From NCBI RefSeq assembly GCF_004339545.1, contig NZ_SMGD01000006.1, forward strand, positions 16,293-56,292: a stretch of DNA of 40,000 nt, read 5' to 3'. Shown piece after piece: positions 25,790 through 35,118 of the stretch (position 1 is its first letter; every line of letters begins with the position of its first letter). Source of the stretch: Celerinatantimonas diazotrophica. Its GTDB lineage: Bacteria > Pseudomonadota > Gammaproteobacteria > Enterobacterales > Celerinatantimonadaceae. The notes below the pieces were generated by a model that was given only the letters and a program-made list of their open reading frames with translations, was not told the DNA's origin and made no database searches. The position numbers were made by a program, and so were the translations under genes.

Positions 25790-26734
25790 ATGACTTATCA
25801 TTCTCTGTGGTTTCCTCTGTTATGTGGATTCATTCAGGCGGTTATGCTGCTGGTTCTAGCACCATTTTTCGCCGGCTTATCCCGAGTGCTACGCGCCAAA
25901 ATGCACTCTCGCAAGGGACCGCCTATCTGGCAGGAATACCGCGATCTGTTCAAATTAATGGCCCGTCAGGAAGTCGCGCCGAGTGACAGCGGTACTGCTT
26001 TTCGAATAGCACCGTTTATTCTGCTGGGCACGCTTTTGGTGATTGCCATGGCATTGCCAATGCTGACGGTGCAATCGCCGTTTTTTGCCGGGGGAGACAT
26101 TATCACGCTGATCTACCTGTTTGCCATTTTCCGCTTTTTCTTTGCTCTGGCCGGACTTGATTCGGGGAGCCCATTTGCTGGAATAGGTGCAAGCCGTGAG
26201 ATGAATTTAGGGGTGTTGGTTGAACCCACTTTAATGCTCTCCATGATAGTGGTCGCTTTAATTGCTGGCTCGACCAATATTTCGTTGATTAGCCATACCT
26301 TAGCTCAGAGTTGGCAGTTTCCGACAGCTACCGTTCTGGCGTTAATTGCCTGTGCTTTTGCGGCGTTTATCGAGATGGGCAAAATTCCGTTTGATGTGGC
26401 CGAAGCTGAGCAGGAACTCCAAGAAGGTCCTCTCAGTGAATACTCGGGGGTAGGTTTGGCTTTGATGAAATGGAGCCTAAGCCTTAAACAGGTTGTGGTT
26501 GCCGCATTATTTCTGGCCATTTTTATTCCATTTGGCAAAAGCGTTTCGCCCTCATTCATCGGTGTTCTCGGTGGTTTTGTGGCGCTGCTCATTAAATTAG
26601 TAGTGGTCTTTGTGCTGGCAGCTCTGGTTGAGAATGCCATGGCCCGAGGCCGGTTTTTGCTAACCGATCGGGTGACCTGGCTGGGATTTGGAATCGCCGC
26701 TTTGGCCTTCGTATTTTTCCTGACTGGGATTTAA
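25790..26734 (+). CDS. hyfC: hydrogenase-4 membrane subunit, NuoH-like
   Basis: The ATG at 25790 follows a GGGAG RBS. It is 314 aa and polytopic, with the conserved FDVAEAEQELQEGPLSEYSG (NuoH/HycD motif). Confidence 0.9.
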   Translation: MTYHSLWFPLLCGFIQAVMLLVLAPFFAGLSRVLRAKMHSRKGPPIWQEYRDLFKLMARQEVAPSDSGTAFRIAPFILLGTLLVIAMALPMLTVQSPFFAGGDIITLIYLFAIFRFFFALAGLDSGSPFAGIGASREMNLGVLVEPTLMLSMIVVALIAGSTNISLISHTLAQSWQFPTATVLALIACAFAAFIEMGKIPFDVAEAEQELQEGPLSEYSGVGLALMKWSLSLKQVVVAALFLAIFIPFGKSVSPSFIGVLGGFVALLIKLVVVFVLAALVENAMARGRFLLTDRVTWLGFGIAALAFVFFLTGI

Positions 26735-26752
26735 GCTAAGGAGTTGTTTTTC

Positions 26753-28195
26753 ATGATGATGCATATAGCCCTGGCAACGATGCTTTTGCCGTTTATCGGG
26801 GCGCTGTTGATTGCCATTTTACCGAAACGATATGGGCCTGTGCTCTGCTCGTTATTCGCGCTGGTGGCGACACTGGGAATGGCTTCTTTAGCCTATTTGT
26901 TCTGGCAAAACGGTCAGCACGAGACCACTTTGATTCTTTATCAGGTCGGTCACGCTCAGTTGTTTGGTTTCCGTCTGGATAAAGTCAGTTTGCTGATTGG
27001 CTTTGCAGTGGTGTCGCTCGGCTTTTTAGTTAGCCTTTACTCATGTGGTTATATGAGTATGGGTAACCGAGAACATCCACAGACAGGTGATAATCGTTAC
27101 TGGGCCTTTTTGCTGGTCTTCATCGGGGCCATGGCGGGTTTAACCCTCTCGTCAACCATCTTAGGTCAGCTGCTGTTTTTTGAAATTACCGGCGGTTGTT
27201 CGTGGGCTTTGATTGGCTATTACCAGAGCGAGAAGTCCCTCAAAGCCGCGCTTAAAGCCTTGTTGGTCACCCATATTGCCTCTTTGGGGTTGTACATTGC
27301 CGCCGCTTGGTTGTTTGCCAAAACTGGCACCTTCGATCTGGCGGCTATGGCTCAGCTTGATGAACCGAGCAAATTGGTTGTGATTGGCGGCATCTTGTTT
27401 GCTGCCTGGGGAAAATCAGCGCAGTTGCCGATGCATGTTTGGTTGCCGGATGCGATGGAGGCACCAACGCCAGTGAGTGCGTATCTGCATGCGGCATCGA
27501 TGGTCAAAGTCGGGGTGTATATCTTTGCTCGGGCGATTCTCTCTGCCGGAAATGTGCCGCACATTATTGGGGTCGTTGGGGTTGTCATGGCCGTGATTAC
27601 GCTGATTTATGGCTTCTTTATGTATCTGCCGCAAAAAGATATGAAGCGCTTGTTGGCCTACTCAACGATTACCCAGTTGTCTTATATCTTTTTGGCACTA
27701 TCGCTGTCGATTTTTGGCTCACACGAAGCATTTAATGCTGGGGTCTCTTATATCTTCAACCACGCTTATGCGAAAAGCTTGTTCTTCTTAGTCGCTGGTG
27801 CCTTGAGTTATAGCTGCGGTACTCGTTTATTACCACGCTTTAAAGGAATGATACATAAATTGCCGCTGTTAGGTATTGGCTTTTGTGTTGCGGCGATGGC
27901 GGTAGCCGGGGTGCCACCGTTTAACGGCTTCTTTAGTAAATTCCCGCTGTTTGCTGCAGGTTTTGCCATTAGTGCCAAACAACTGTGGTTAGTTCCGTTG
28001 CTGATCGTGGTGCTCTTGGAGTCGGTTGCCAGTTTTGCCTGGTTCTTACACTGGTTCGGCAAAACTGTTCCTGGGGAGCCTTCAGAAACCATTGCCAATG
28101 CGAGCGAAGTGCCCGTATCGATGAAATTGGTTTTGGTGGTACTGATCATTATGTCACTTATATCGAGCGTGATTGCTGCGCTCTGGTTGCAATAG
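26753..28195 (+). CDS. hyfD: hydrogenase-4 membrane subunit, NuoM/N antiporter-like
   Basis: The ATG at 26753 lies 9 nt after AAGGAG. It is 480 aa; E. coli HyfD is about 479. It contains WLPDAMEAPTPVSAYLHAASMVKVGVY. Confidence 0.88.
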   Translation: MMMHIALATMLLPFIGALLIAILPKRYGPVLCSLFALVATLGMASLAYLFWQNGQHETTLILYQVGHAQLFGFRLDKVSLLIGFAVVSLGFLVSLYSCGYMSMGNREHPQTGDNRYWAFLLVFIGAMAGLTLSSTILGQLLFFEITGGCSWALIGYYQSEKSLKAALKALLVTHIASLGLYIAAAWLFAKTGTFDLAAMAQLDEPSKLVVIGGILFAAWGKSAQLPMHVWLPDAMEAPTPVSAYLHAASMVKVGVYIFARAILSAGNVPHIIGVVGVVMAVITLIYGFFMYLPQKDMKRLLAYSTITQLSYIFLALSLSIFGSHEAFNAGVSYIFNHAYAKSLFFLVAGALSYSCGTRLLPRFKGMIHKLPLLGIGFCVAAMAVAGVPPFNGFFSKFPLFAAGFAISAKQLWLVPLLIVVLLESVASFAWFLHWFGKTVPGEPSETIANASEVPVSMKLVLVVLIIMSLISSVIAALWLQ

Positions 28196-28204
28196 GAAAG
28201 GATT

Positions 28205-28852
28205 ATGACCGGAAGTTATCTTGTCATTCAAATAGCCGGACTGCTGATTATCACTTCGATGCTGGTCATCATTGCCCGGCGGCCAACCACGGCGGCTTGG
28301 CTGTATAGTCTGCAATCGTTGGTATTGGTGGCCACTTTTATTGCATTAGGGCATCTGCTTGGCGCAGATGAACTGTATAAGTGGTCGATTAGTGCCTTTG
28401 TCACCAAGGTGGTTTTGGTGCCGGGGATCATGTTATTGGCGCTGCGCAAAATGGACCGTTCGCCAGTCCCCCCGCTGATTAGTACGCCTGTGTTGGTGGC
28501 CATCGCGGTGGTGATTGTTTTAATTAGCTTTGCTGCGGTTGAACCCGTTACGTTACCGATGAATCCCGCACTTAAGCCAGTATTGGCGATTTCACTGGGC
28601 CATTTTTTACTGGGCATTTTATGCATTGTTAGTCAACGCAATATCCTTAAACAGATTTTTGGATATTGCCTGATGGAAAACGGCGCCCATTTGACGCTGG
28701 CGCTGTTGGCATATCGAGCCCCCGAACTGGTCGAAATTGGTATTGCGACTGACTCTATTTTTGCGGTTATCGTGATGGTGCTGATGGTTCGTAAGATTTA
28801 CCGGACATTGAACACCTTAGATGTCCGTCAACTGACACAACTGAAAGGGTGA
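28205..28852 (+). CDS. hyfE: hydrogenase-4 membrane subunit HyfE (NuoK-like)
   Basis: 215 aa (E. coli HyfE is about 216), polytopic. It sits between hyfD and hyfF, and this subunit is specific to Hyf-type rather than Hyc-type FHL. Confidence 0.85.
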   Translation: MTGSYLVIQIAGLLIITSMLVIIARRPTTAAWLYSLQSLVLVATFIALGHLLGADELYKWSISAFVTKVVLVPGIMLLALRKMDRSPVPPLISTPVLVAIAVVIVLISFAAVEPVTLPMNPALKPVLAISLGHFLLGILCIVSQRNILKQIFGYCLMENGAHLTLALLAYRAPELVEIGIATDSIFAVIVMVLMVRKIYRTLNTLDVRQLTQLKG

Positions 28853-28858
28853 TTAAGG

Positions 28859-30439
28859 ATGAGTAATAATGAACTAATGTTCACCCTGCTGGCCATTCCG
28901 CTGGTCGCATCGGCGTTAACGTTTGCCTGCCAATGGCTTTTTACCAATAAAAAAATCTGGGTCAGCACATTCCATACGATTGCCATTGTGCTGCTCTTGG
29001 TCTTCACCGTGTATGGAACTTGTGCGGTTTATGCTCAGGGCGACATTTTTGCGCTTGGCAATTGGTTTCATATTGATAGTTTAGCTGCATTATTTATGGC
29101 TATTTTGGGACTGATAGGCTTTATGACAGGCCTCCACTCGATTGGCTATATGAATCACGAACTTGCCCATGGTGAAGTCAGTGAAACAACACTGTGTAAT
29201 TACTATGGATTGTTTCACTTGTTTTTGTTCACGATGTTATTGGCCATCACCAGTAATAACTTGATTTTAATGTGGGCGGCGGTGGAAGCAACCACGATCA
29301 GTTCAGCCTTTTTGGTCGCGATATATGGTAAACGAACTTCGCTTGAAGCTGGCTGGAAGTACATCATTATCTGTACAGTCGGGGTCGCATTTGGTCTGTA
29401 CGCAACAATTTTGGTGTACGCCAATGCTGTGCAAGTGATGCCCGATCCCAATCAGGCCATATTCTATAGCGCTGTGTTGCCATATGCCAAAATGCTGGAT
29501 CCAACGCTGATGAAATTGGCATTTGTGTTTGCCCTGATTGGTTTTGGGACGAAAACTGGGTTATTCCCCATGCATGCTTGGTTACCGGATGCCCATAGTG
29601 AAGCAGCCAGCCCAACCAGTGCACTACTTTCGGCGGTACTTCTAAACTGTGCATTGCTGATTATCATCCGTTTTCATGTGTTGGTCAGTGCCACTATCGG
29701 GAGTGCTTTCTCTCAACATCTGTTACTGATTTTTGGTTTCTTGTCGGTTGCCGTGGCTGCATTGCTGATTTTAGTGCAGCGCGATATGAAACGGCTGTTG
29801 GCCTATTCCAGTGTCGAAAATATGGGGTTTATTGCTCTGGCACTTGGCATCGGTGGTCCGCTTGGGACATTGGCGGCCATGTTGCATACCTTAAACCATA
29901 GTCTGGCAAAAACCTTGTTGTTCTGTGGCTCCGGTAACGTCTTACTCAAATATGGTAGCCGCGACCTGAATGTCGTTAAAGGTGTTCTGCGTTTAACTCC
30001 CCTCACCGGAGTCCTACTCGCGGGTGGGGCTTTGGCATTGGGTGGGATGCCACCTTTTAATGTCTTTTTAAGCGAACTGCTCACTGTGACGGCGGGCATT
30101 CGAAGTGGCCATTTCTGGTTAATTGGATTTTTGTTGATTTTGTTAACCATTGTATTGGCCGGTTTGGTTCGATTGATTGCCAAGGCGATTTTAGGCCCAT
30201 GTCCTGATTCGCTGCCGAAAGGCGAATTGGGTTGGTTAACCACAACACCAATGGCGTTGTTGCTGGCTCTGATGCTGTTGATGGGGACTCATATTCCACA
30301 TTCAGTCAGCCAGTTATTAACACAAGCTTCTCAAGTTGTGATGCATGTTGAATCTGTGCCACAAAATCTGGCGGCAAGCTCAGCGCTGCCGTCTTCTTTT
30401 TCTCCCTCGGCTGTATCTTTGGAGTTAACCCGTGACTGA
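28859..30439 (+). CDS. hyfF: hydrogenase-4 membrane subunit, NuoN/antiporter-like
   Basis: 526 aa, the same length as E. coli HyfF as I recall. It contains [23 protein letters not shown] and [15 protein letters not shown]. Confidence 0.88.
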   Translation: MSNNELMFTLLAIPLVASALTFACQWLFTNKKIWVSTFHTIAIVLLLVFTVYGTCAVYAQGDIFALGNWFHIDSLAALFMAILGLIGFMTGLHSIGYMNHELAHGEVSETTLCNYYGLFHLFLFTMLLAITSNNLILMWAAVEATTISSAFLVAIYGKRTSLEAGWKYIIICTVGVAFGLYATILVYANAVQVMPDPNQAIFYSAVLPYAKMLDPTLMKLAFVFALIGFGTKTGLFPMHAWLPDAHSEAASPTSALLSAVLLNCALLIIIRFHVLVSATIGSAFSQHLLLIFGFLSVAVAALLILVQRDMKRLLAYSSVENMGFIALALGIGGPLGTLAAMLHTLNHSLAKTLLFCGSGNVLLKYGSRDLNVVKGVLRLTPLTGVLLAGGALALGGMPPFNVFLSELLTVTAGIRSGHFWLIGFLLILLTIVLAGLVRLIAKAILGPCPDSLPKGELGWLTTTPMALLLALMLLMGTHIPHSVSQLLTQASQVVMHVESVPQNLAASSALPSSFSPSAVSLELTRD

Positions 30440-32153
30440 ACAATTTTCTCAAAGCACAAAAGGTGCGCAGTATCTGGCGAAAGTCGGCGAAAAATTTCCA
30501 AATGCGGTGTTAGCCAGCGAATGGCAGACCGCTGACCAGTTGACCATCACGGTCAAACTTAACGCGTTGCCGGATGTGGTCGAATATGTTTATTACCAGC
30601 TAGGTGGCTGGCTGTCGGTTCTATTTGGTAATGATGAACGTAAACTCAATGGTCATTACGGCCTTTATTACGTGTTGTCGATGGAACAAGGTGAAAAATG
30701 CTGGGTTACCATTAAGGTATTGGTGAACGAAGCGGTTCCAGAATTCCCATCAGTGACACCGAAAGTCCCTGCCGCCGTTTGGGGTGAGCGTGAAGTCCGT
30801 GATATGTACGGTTTGATTCCGGTCGGATTGCCAGATGAACGACGGTTGGTCCTACCTGATGACTGGCCAGAAGATCTCTATCCACTGCGTAAAGATAGTA
30901 TGGATTACCGGCAGCGTCCGGCACCTACGACTGATCGAGAAACGTATCCATTTGACAATGAACTAGGCGATGCCAGTAACCAGGTGGTACCAATCGGTCC
31001 ATTGCATGTTACCTCTGACGAACCCGGTCATTTTCGTCTGTTTGTTGATGGAGAACAGATCGTTGATGCCGATTACCGGTTATTTTATGTTCATCGGGGC
31101 ATGGAAAAATTGGCCGAAACTCGTATGGGTTATAACGAAGTTACTTTCCTTGCAGATCGGGTGTGTGGGATTTGTGGGTTTGCTCATAGCACGGCTTATG
31201 CCACCTCAGTAGAAAATGCGATGGGGATTGAAGTGCCTGATCGCGCCAAAATGATTCGCTCTATTTTGCTCGAGATCGAACGGTTGCATAGCCACCTTTT
31301 GAACTTGGGGTTGGCATGCCACTTTACGGGTTTTGATTCTGGATTTATGCAGTTTTTCCGGGTGCGAGAAAAATCGATGAAGATGGCCGAGATCCTCACT
31401 GGTGCTCGTAAAACCTATGGACTGAACCTCATCGGGGGGATCCGTCGTGACATTCTAAAAGAGGACATGATCGCAACTCGTAAGCTGGCTCAGCAGATGC
31501 GCCGAGAAGTTAAGGATTTGCTGGATGTCATGATGAGCACGCCGAATATGGAACAGCGTGGTGTCGGCGTAGGGCGTTTGGATCCACAGATTGCGCGTGA
31601 TTTCAGTAACGTCGGGCCTATGGTGCGAGCCAGTGGCCATGCCCGCGATACCCGCAGTGACCATCCTTTTGCTGGCTATGACTTGATGCCGATGAAGGTT
31701 CACAGCGAAAACGGATGCGATGTGATGTCGCGTCTGATGGTGCGAGTGGACGAAGTGTTTACCGCGTTAAATCTGATTGATTATGGCTTGGATAATTTGC
31801 CGCAGGGACCATTGATGGTCGAAGGGTTTACCTATCAGCCGAATAAATTTGCACTGGGCTTTTGTGAAGCGCCGCGTGGCGATGATATTCATTGGAGCAT
31901 GACCGGTGATAACCAGAAACTTTATCGCTGGCGATGCCGTGCGGCCACTTATGCGAACTGGCCAACACTGCGTTATATGTTGCGGGGAAATACGGTTTCG
32001 GATGCGCCACTCATTATTGGCAGCCTTGATCCTTGTTATTCATGCACAGACCGGGTGACCTTTATCGATGTTAATAAACGGCGTAGCAAAACGGTCTCTT
32101 ATAAAGAGGTCGAACGCTATGGCATTGAACGTAAAAATTCACCGCTGAAATAA
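30432..32153 (+). CDS. hyfG: [NiFe] hydrogenase-4 large subunit (fused NuoC/NuoD-like)
   Basis: 573 aa. The GTG start overlaps the hyfF stop. The Ni-ligand motifs are [12 protein letters not shown] and C-terminal DPCYSCTDR, followed by a 32-aa extension. It is near-identical in blocks to remembered E. coli HyfG ([40 protein letters not shown]). Confidence 0.95.
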   Translation: MTEQFSQSTKGAQYLAKVGEKFPNAVLASEWQTADQLTITVKLNALPDVVEYVYYQLGGWLSVLFGNDERKLNGHYGLYYVLSMEQGEKCWVTIKVLVNEAVPEFPSVTPKVPAAVWGEREVRDMYGLIPVGLPDERRLVLPDDWPEDLYPLRKDSMDYRQRPAPTTDRETYPFDNELGDASNQVVPIGPLHVTSDEPGHFRLFVDGEQIVDADYRLFYVHRGMEKLAETRMGYNEVTFLADRVCGICGFAHSTAYATSVENAMGIEVPDRAKMIRSILLEIERLHSHLLNLGLACHFTGFDSGFMQFFRVREKSMKMAEILTGARKTYGLNLIGGIRRDILKEDMIATRKLAQQMRREVKDLLDVMMSTPNMEQRGVGVGRLDPQIARDFSNVGPMVRASGHARDTRSDHPFAGYDLMPMKVHSENGCDVMSRLMVRVDEVFTALNLIDYGLDNLPQGPLMVEGFTYQPNKFALGFCEAPRGDDIHWSMTGDNQKLYRWRCRAATYANWPTLRYMLRGNTVSDAPLIIGSLDPCYSCTDRVTFIDVNKRRSKTVSYKEVERYGIERKNSPLK

Positions 32154-32173
32154 AGGGTCGGAGAGCGTAAATC

Positions 32174-32722
32174 ATGCTGAAATTTTTTAAAAAAGCACTA
32201 AAAACCGGAGTTGTTACCGGAACTGATCCTCTGACCCCTCCGGATGTTGATAAAAACTTTCGTGGTAAACCTGAACACGATAGTTCGCAGTGCATTGCTT
32301 GTGGGGCCTGTATCAATGCATGCCCGGCCAATGCGCTATCAGTCGAAACAGATATTGCCACCAATACGCAACACTGGTCACTCTTTCTGGGGCGCTGCAT
32401 TTTCTGCGCACGCTGTGAAGAAGTGTGTCCAACCGGGGCAATTGAATTGGGCCAAGATGTGCAGATGGCGGCTTGGAATAAAGATGATCTGTATATCAAA
32501 GCAGATTTTCCAATTCAACATTGCCGTGAATGTGGTCAACCCTTTGCCGTGACGAAAGAGCTTGAGTATGCCAAAGAGGTGTTGTTGCAAAGTGGTCAAT
32601 ACACCGATGAGCAAAGCCTGATTGAACAGCTTTATACCTGTCCAGAATGCAAACGAAAACAGAATGTTACCCAGTCGCAGCGAGTACAAATTGGTCGATT
32701 ATTACGGGAGGAAAAAGTATGA
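32174..32722 (+). CDS. hyfH: FHL 2x[4Fe-4S] subunit (NuoI-like)
   Basis: 182 aa. It has [12 protein letters not shown] and [12 protein letters not shown], plus C-terminal CRECG...CPECK. Confidence 0.9.
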   Translation: MLKFFKKALKTGVVTGTDPLTPPDVDKNFRGKPEHDSSQCIACGACINACPANALSVETDIATNTQHWSLFLGRCIFCARCEEVCPTGAIELGQDVQMAAWNKDDLYIKADFPIQHCRECGQPFAVTKELEYAKEVLLQSGQYTDEQSLIEQLYTCPECKRKQNVTQSQRVQIGRLLREEKV

Positions 32723-33489
32723 GTGAATTGATTGGACCTCGTGATAGTCAGGGACAACCGATCCCGGTCAGTGTCGATGAAACTGTCGCGCAGATGAAAC
32801 GCACTTTGCTGAATCAAATTGGCCGCTCTGCATATGTCTATCGCGTTGATTGCGGGGGATGTAATGCCTGTGAAATTGAAATCTTTGCATCAATTTCCCC
32901 CCTTTTTGATGCGGAACGTTTTGGGATTAAAGTGGTTCCCTCACCAAGACATGCCGATATTTTACTATATACCGGAGCAGTGACCCGTTCGATGCGCGTT
33001 CCGGCACTGCTTGCGTACGACTCGGCACCAGATCCAAAAATTGTCGTCTCCTACGGTGCTTGCGGCAATAGTGGGGGTATTTTCCATGACCTTTATTGTG
33101 TCTGGGGAGGGACTGATAAAATTTTGCCAGTCGATGTGTACATTCCTGGCTGTCCTCCTACACCCGCCGCAACGTTGTATGGTCTAGCGATGGCTTTAGG
33201 ACTGTTGGAGCAGAAAATTCATGCGCGCGATAGTTCTGAAAATGATCTCAAAGCTGCTGAAATTCGACACCCGAAAGTGGCTCCGAGTCTGCGGGTGGCC
33301 ATCGAGAGAAAAGCGCGCGAGTTGGCAGGGTATCGCTATGGCCACCAGATTGCCGATGAGTTTTTAGCATTACTTGTAAAACCGCGCACTGAGCTTGCGC
33401 TCAGCAGTTTTTTACAAGAGCGCAATGATCCGCGTTTAACTGAAATTATGATGCAGTTGGCGCAACTGACCGATGAGATCCGAGTATGA
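32719..33489 (+). CDS. hyfI: [NiFe] hydrogenase-4 small subunit (NuoB-like)
   Basis: The ATG at 32719 forms an ATGA overlap with the hyfH stop. It is 256 aa. The Cys ligands are [14 protein letters not shown] and PGCPP. Confidence 0.9.
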   Translation: MSELIGPRDSQGQPIPVSVDETVAQMKRTLLNQIGRSAYVYRVDCGGCNACEIEIFASISPLFDAERFGIKVVPSPRHADILLYTGAVTRSMRVPALLAYDSAPDPKIVVSYGACGNSGGIFHDLYCVWGGTDKILPVDVYIPGCPPTPAATLYGLAMALGLLEQKIHARDSSENDLKAAEIRHPKVAPSLRVAIERKARELAGYRYGHQIADEFLALLVKPRTELALSSFLQERNDPRLTEIMMQLAQLTDEIRV

Positions 33490-33890
33490 GTGAAACGGTG
33501 ACCTTTTTTGCTCTACGGCGCAAGTTTATCGATGAAAAAGACAGCCCGGCGCAAAGCCAGCAGCTGGTTTATTACGGCTTAGCAATTGGTCATCACTTAG
33601 GGGTGATCGACTGCTTTGAGCCAGAATTTAGTTGTGATTACGCTGATTATCAGCGCTGGCTTGAGTTGATTGACGAGCCCTATGCCCATGCCAAATTAGC
33701 CGGTTTACCGAAATATGGTGAAATCATTATTGATGCATCTCATGTGGTGATGTTGGCCACCGCACTGAAGGCAATGAATGAAGATTGCGAACCCCGATTT
33801 ATCAACTGGCGCGATCAATTGATGCAATTGCTTAAGATGATCCAACAGGAAAAAGCTATTCATCTGATTGTCCGGAGGCTTAATGACTAA
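33486..33890 (+). CDS. hyfJ: FHL maturation/assembly protein HycH/HyfJ family
   Basis: 134 aa (E. coli HycH/HyfJ are about 136-137 aa). The start forms an ATGA overlap with hyfI, and the gene lies between the small subunit and the protease. Confidence 0.8.
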   Translation: MSETVTFFALRRKFIDEKDSPAQSQQLVYYGLAIGHHLGVIDCFEPEFSCDYADYQRWLELIDEPYAHAKLAGLPKYGEIIIDASHVVMLATALKAMNEDCEPRFINWRDQLMQLLKMIQQEKAIHLIVRRLND

Positions 33891-34377
33891 TATAACCCAA
33901 GCCCTTTTATGTGTTGGTAACGACATGATGGGCGATGACGGTGCCGGCGTATTGCTGGCTAACTTGCTCAAAGAACATCAGAGCGATTGGCAGATTTATG
34001 TCGGTGGCAGCTTTCCTGAAGGGGAGACGGCTGCTATTCGCCAGAGCGCCCCTCAGACCTTAGTGATTGTCGATGCCACTGAAATGGGGCTGCCACCGGG
34101 CGCGATTCGCCAAATTGATCCCGCCATGATCGGCGAAATGATGCTGATGAGCACTCATAGTATGCCGCTTAATTTTCTTATCGACGACTTAAAAGAAGTG
34201 GTTGATGAAGTGGTGATGATTGGCATTCAGCCTGACATCGTCGGATTTTGCTACCCCATGACTGAAGCGGTGAAGGAGGCCTGCGCCCAGTTAGCATCTT
34301 TACTGAATGATGCTGATGGGAGTTGGCGGCAACTTCCGCAACTGGTTGATGACACGACTGACGAACCCTGCGCTTAG
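33883..34377 (+). CDS. hycI: hydrogenase large-subunit C-terminal endopeptidase
   Basis: The ATG at 33883 gives [22 protein letters not shown], compared with E. coli HycI MTDVLLCVGNSMMGDDGAG (from memory). It is 164 aa. Confidence 0.9.
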   Translation: MTNITQALLCVGNDMMGDDGAGVLLANLLKEHQSDWQIYVGGSFPEGETAAIRQSAPQTLVIVDATEMGLPPGAIRQIDPAMIGEMMLMSTHSMPLNFLIDDLKEVVDEVVMIGIQPDIVGFCYPMTEAVKEACAQLASLLNDADGSWRQLPQLVDDTTDEPCA

Positions 34378-34440
34378 ATGTCGTCATCTTCGTCATTTGT
34401 GTCGAAAAGACGAGAGAAACAGACAAATCTGATGTCGTTA
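34377..34440. promoter_or_regulatory. candidate FhlA enhancer (UAS) for hydN-fdhF-hypF
   Basis: The direct repeat GATGTCGT occurs at 34377 and 34431, 54 bp apart. They flank TGTCGAAAAGACGAG (34400-34414). The region lies about 40-105 bp upstream of the -24 element. Confidence 0.45.
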
Positions 34441-34478
34441 TTTTTAGTTAATTGATTGAAATATATGTAAAAAATAAG

Positions 34479-34495
34479 TTGGCTTGGATTATGTA
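34479..34495 (+). promoter_or_regulatory. candidate sigma54 promoter upstream of hydN (atypical -12)
   Basis: TTGGCTTGGATTATGTA has a good TGGC -24 element, but GG-N10 is followed by GT rather than GC. It lies 65 nt upstream of the hydN ATG, and an AT-rich tract separates it from the UAS-like motifs. Confidence 0.4.
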
Positions 34496-34558
34496 TAACA
34501 TATACAAAACAGCGGTATCTAGGCAGCTTTATACCGAATACTAACAATGGGAGTGCTC

Positions 34559-35101
34559 ATGAATCGTTTTATCTTAGCGGATGCGAACAAATGCATCGGC
34601 TGTCGGACTTGTGAGGTAGCCTGTGTCGTGGCTCACGATGCTCACGGCGATGTAACCGAAGTTGATCCAATTAATTTCACTCCGCGAATTCGAGTGATCA
34701 AAGGTGGCAATATCAGTACTGCCACTTTATGTCGTCAGTGCGAAGATGCCCCATGTGCGAATGTTTGCCCTAATGGTGCGATTCGTCGTGAAGGCGATTT
34801 TATTCATGTCCTGCAAGATCGCTGCATCGGTTGTAAAACCTGTGTCGTAGCTTGCCCTTATGGTGCCATGGAAGTGGTGACTCACCCGGTAGTGCGCAAT
34901 ACCGGTGCGGCGGTTAATGTCGTTGTGGAAAAAGCCGAAGCTAACAAATGTGACCTGTGTTATGACAAACCTGAAGGCCCATCGTGTGTCAGCGTCTGTC
35001 CGACCAAAGCTCTGCGGTGTGTTGATCGCAATGAATTGGCCAAAATGAATGCTGAAAAACGCCGTCGTGCTGCACTCGATGCCAGCGCCTCTATTTTTTA
35101 A
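34559..35101 (+). CDS. hydN: electron-transfer ferredoxin HydN (4x[4Fe-4S])
   Basis: The ATG at 34559 follows GGGAG. MNRFILADANKCIGCRTCEVACVVAH compares with E. coli HydN MNRFIIADASKCIGCRTCEVACVVSH (from memory). It is 180 aa. Confidence 0.9.
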   Translation: MNRFILADANKCIGCRTCEVACVVAHDAHGDVTEVDPINFTPRIRVIKGGNISTATLCRQCEDAPCANVCPNGAIRREGDFIHVLQDRCIGCKTCVVACPYGAMEVVTHPVVRNTGAAVNVVVEKAEANKCDLCYDKPEGPSCVSVCPTKALRCVDRNELAKMNAEKRRRAALDASASIF

Positions 35102-35118
35102 GATTTCAGGATATAAAG

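Noticed and set aside
28228-28626. Antisense or overlapping ORFs inside well-supported genes. Examples are 1239-1481, 2272-2697, 11749-12117, 23292-23678, 26305-26640, 27808-28149, 28228-28626, 29803-30243, 32071-32499, 38587-39055
   Set aside because: Each is fully contained in a strongly homologous gene on the other strand or frame. Their composition is low-complexity or skewed, and none shows a recognisable motif.
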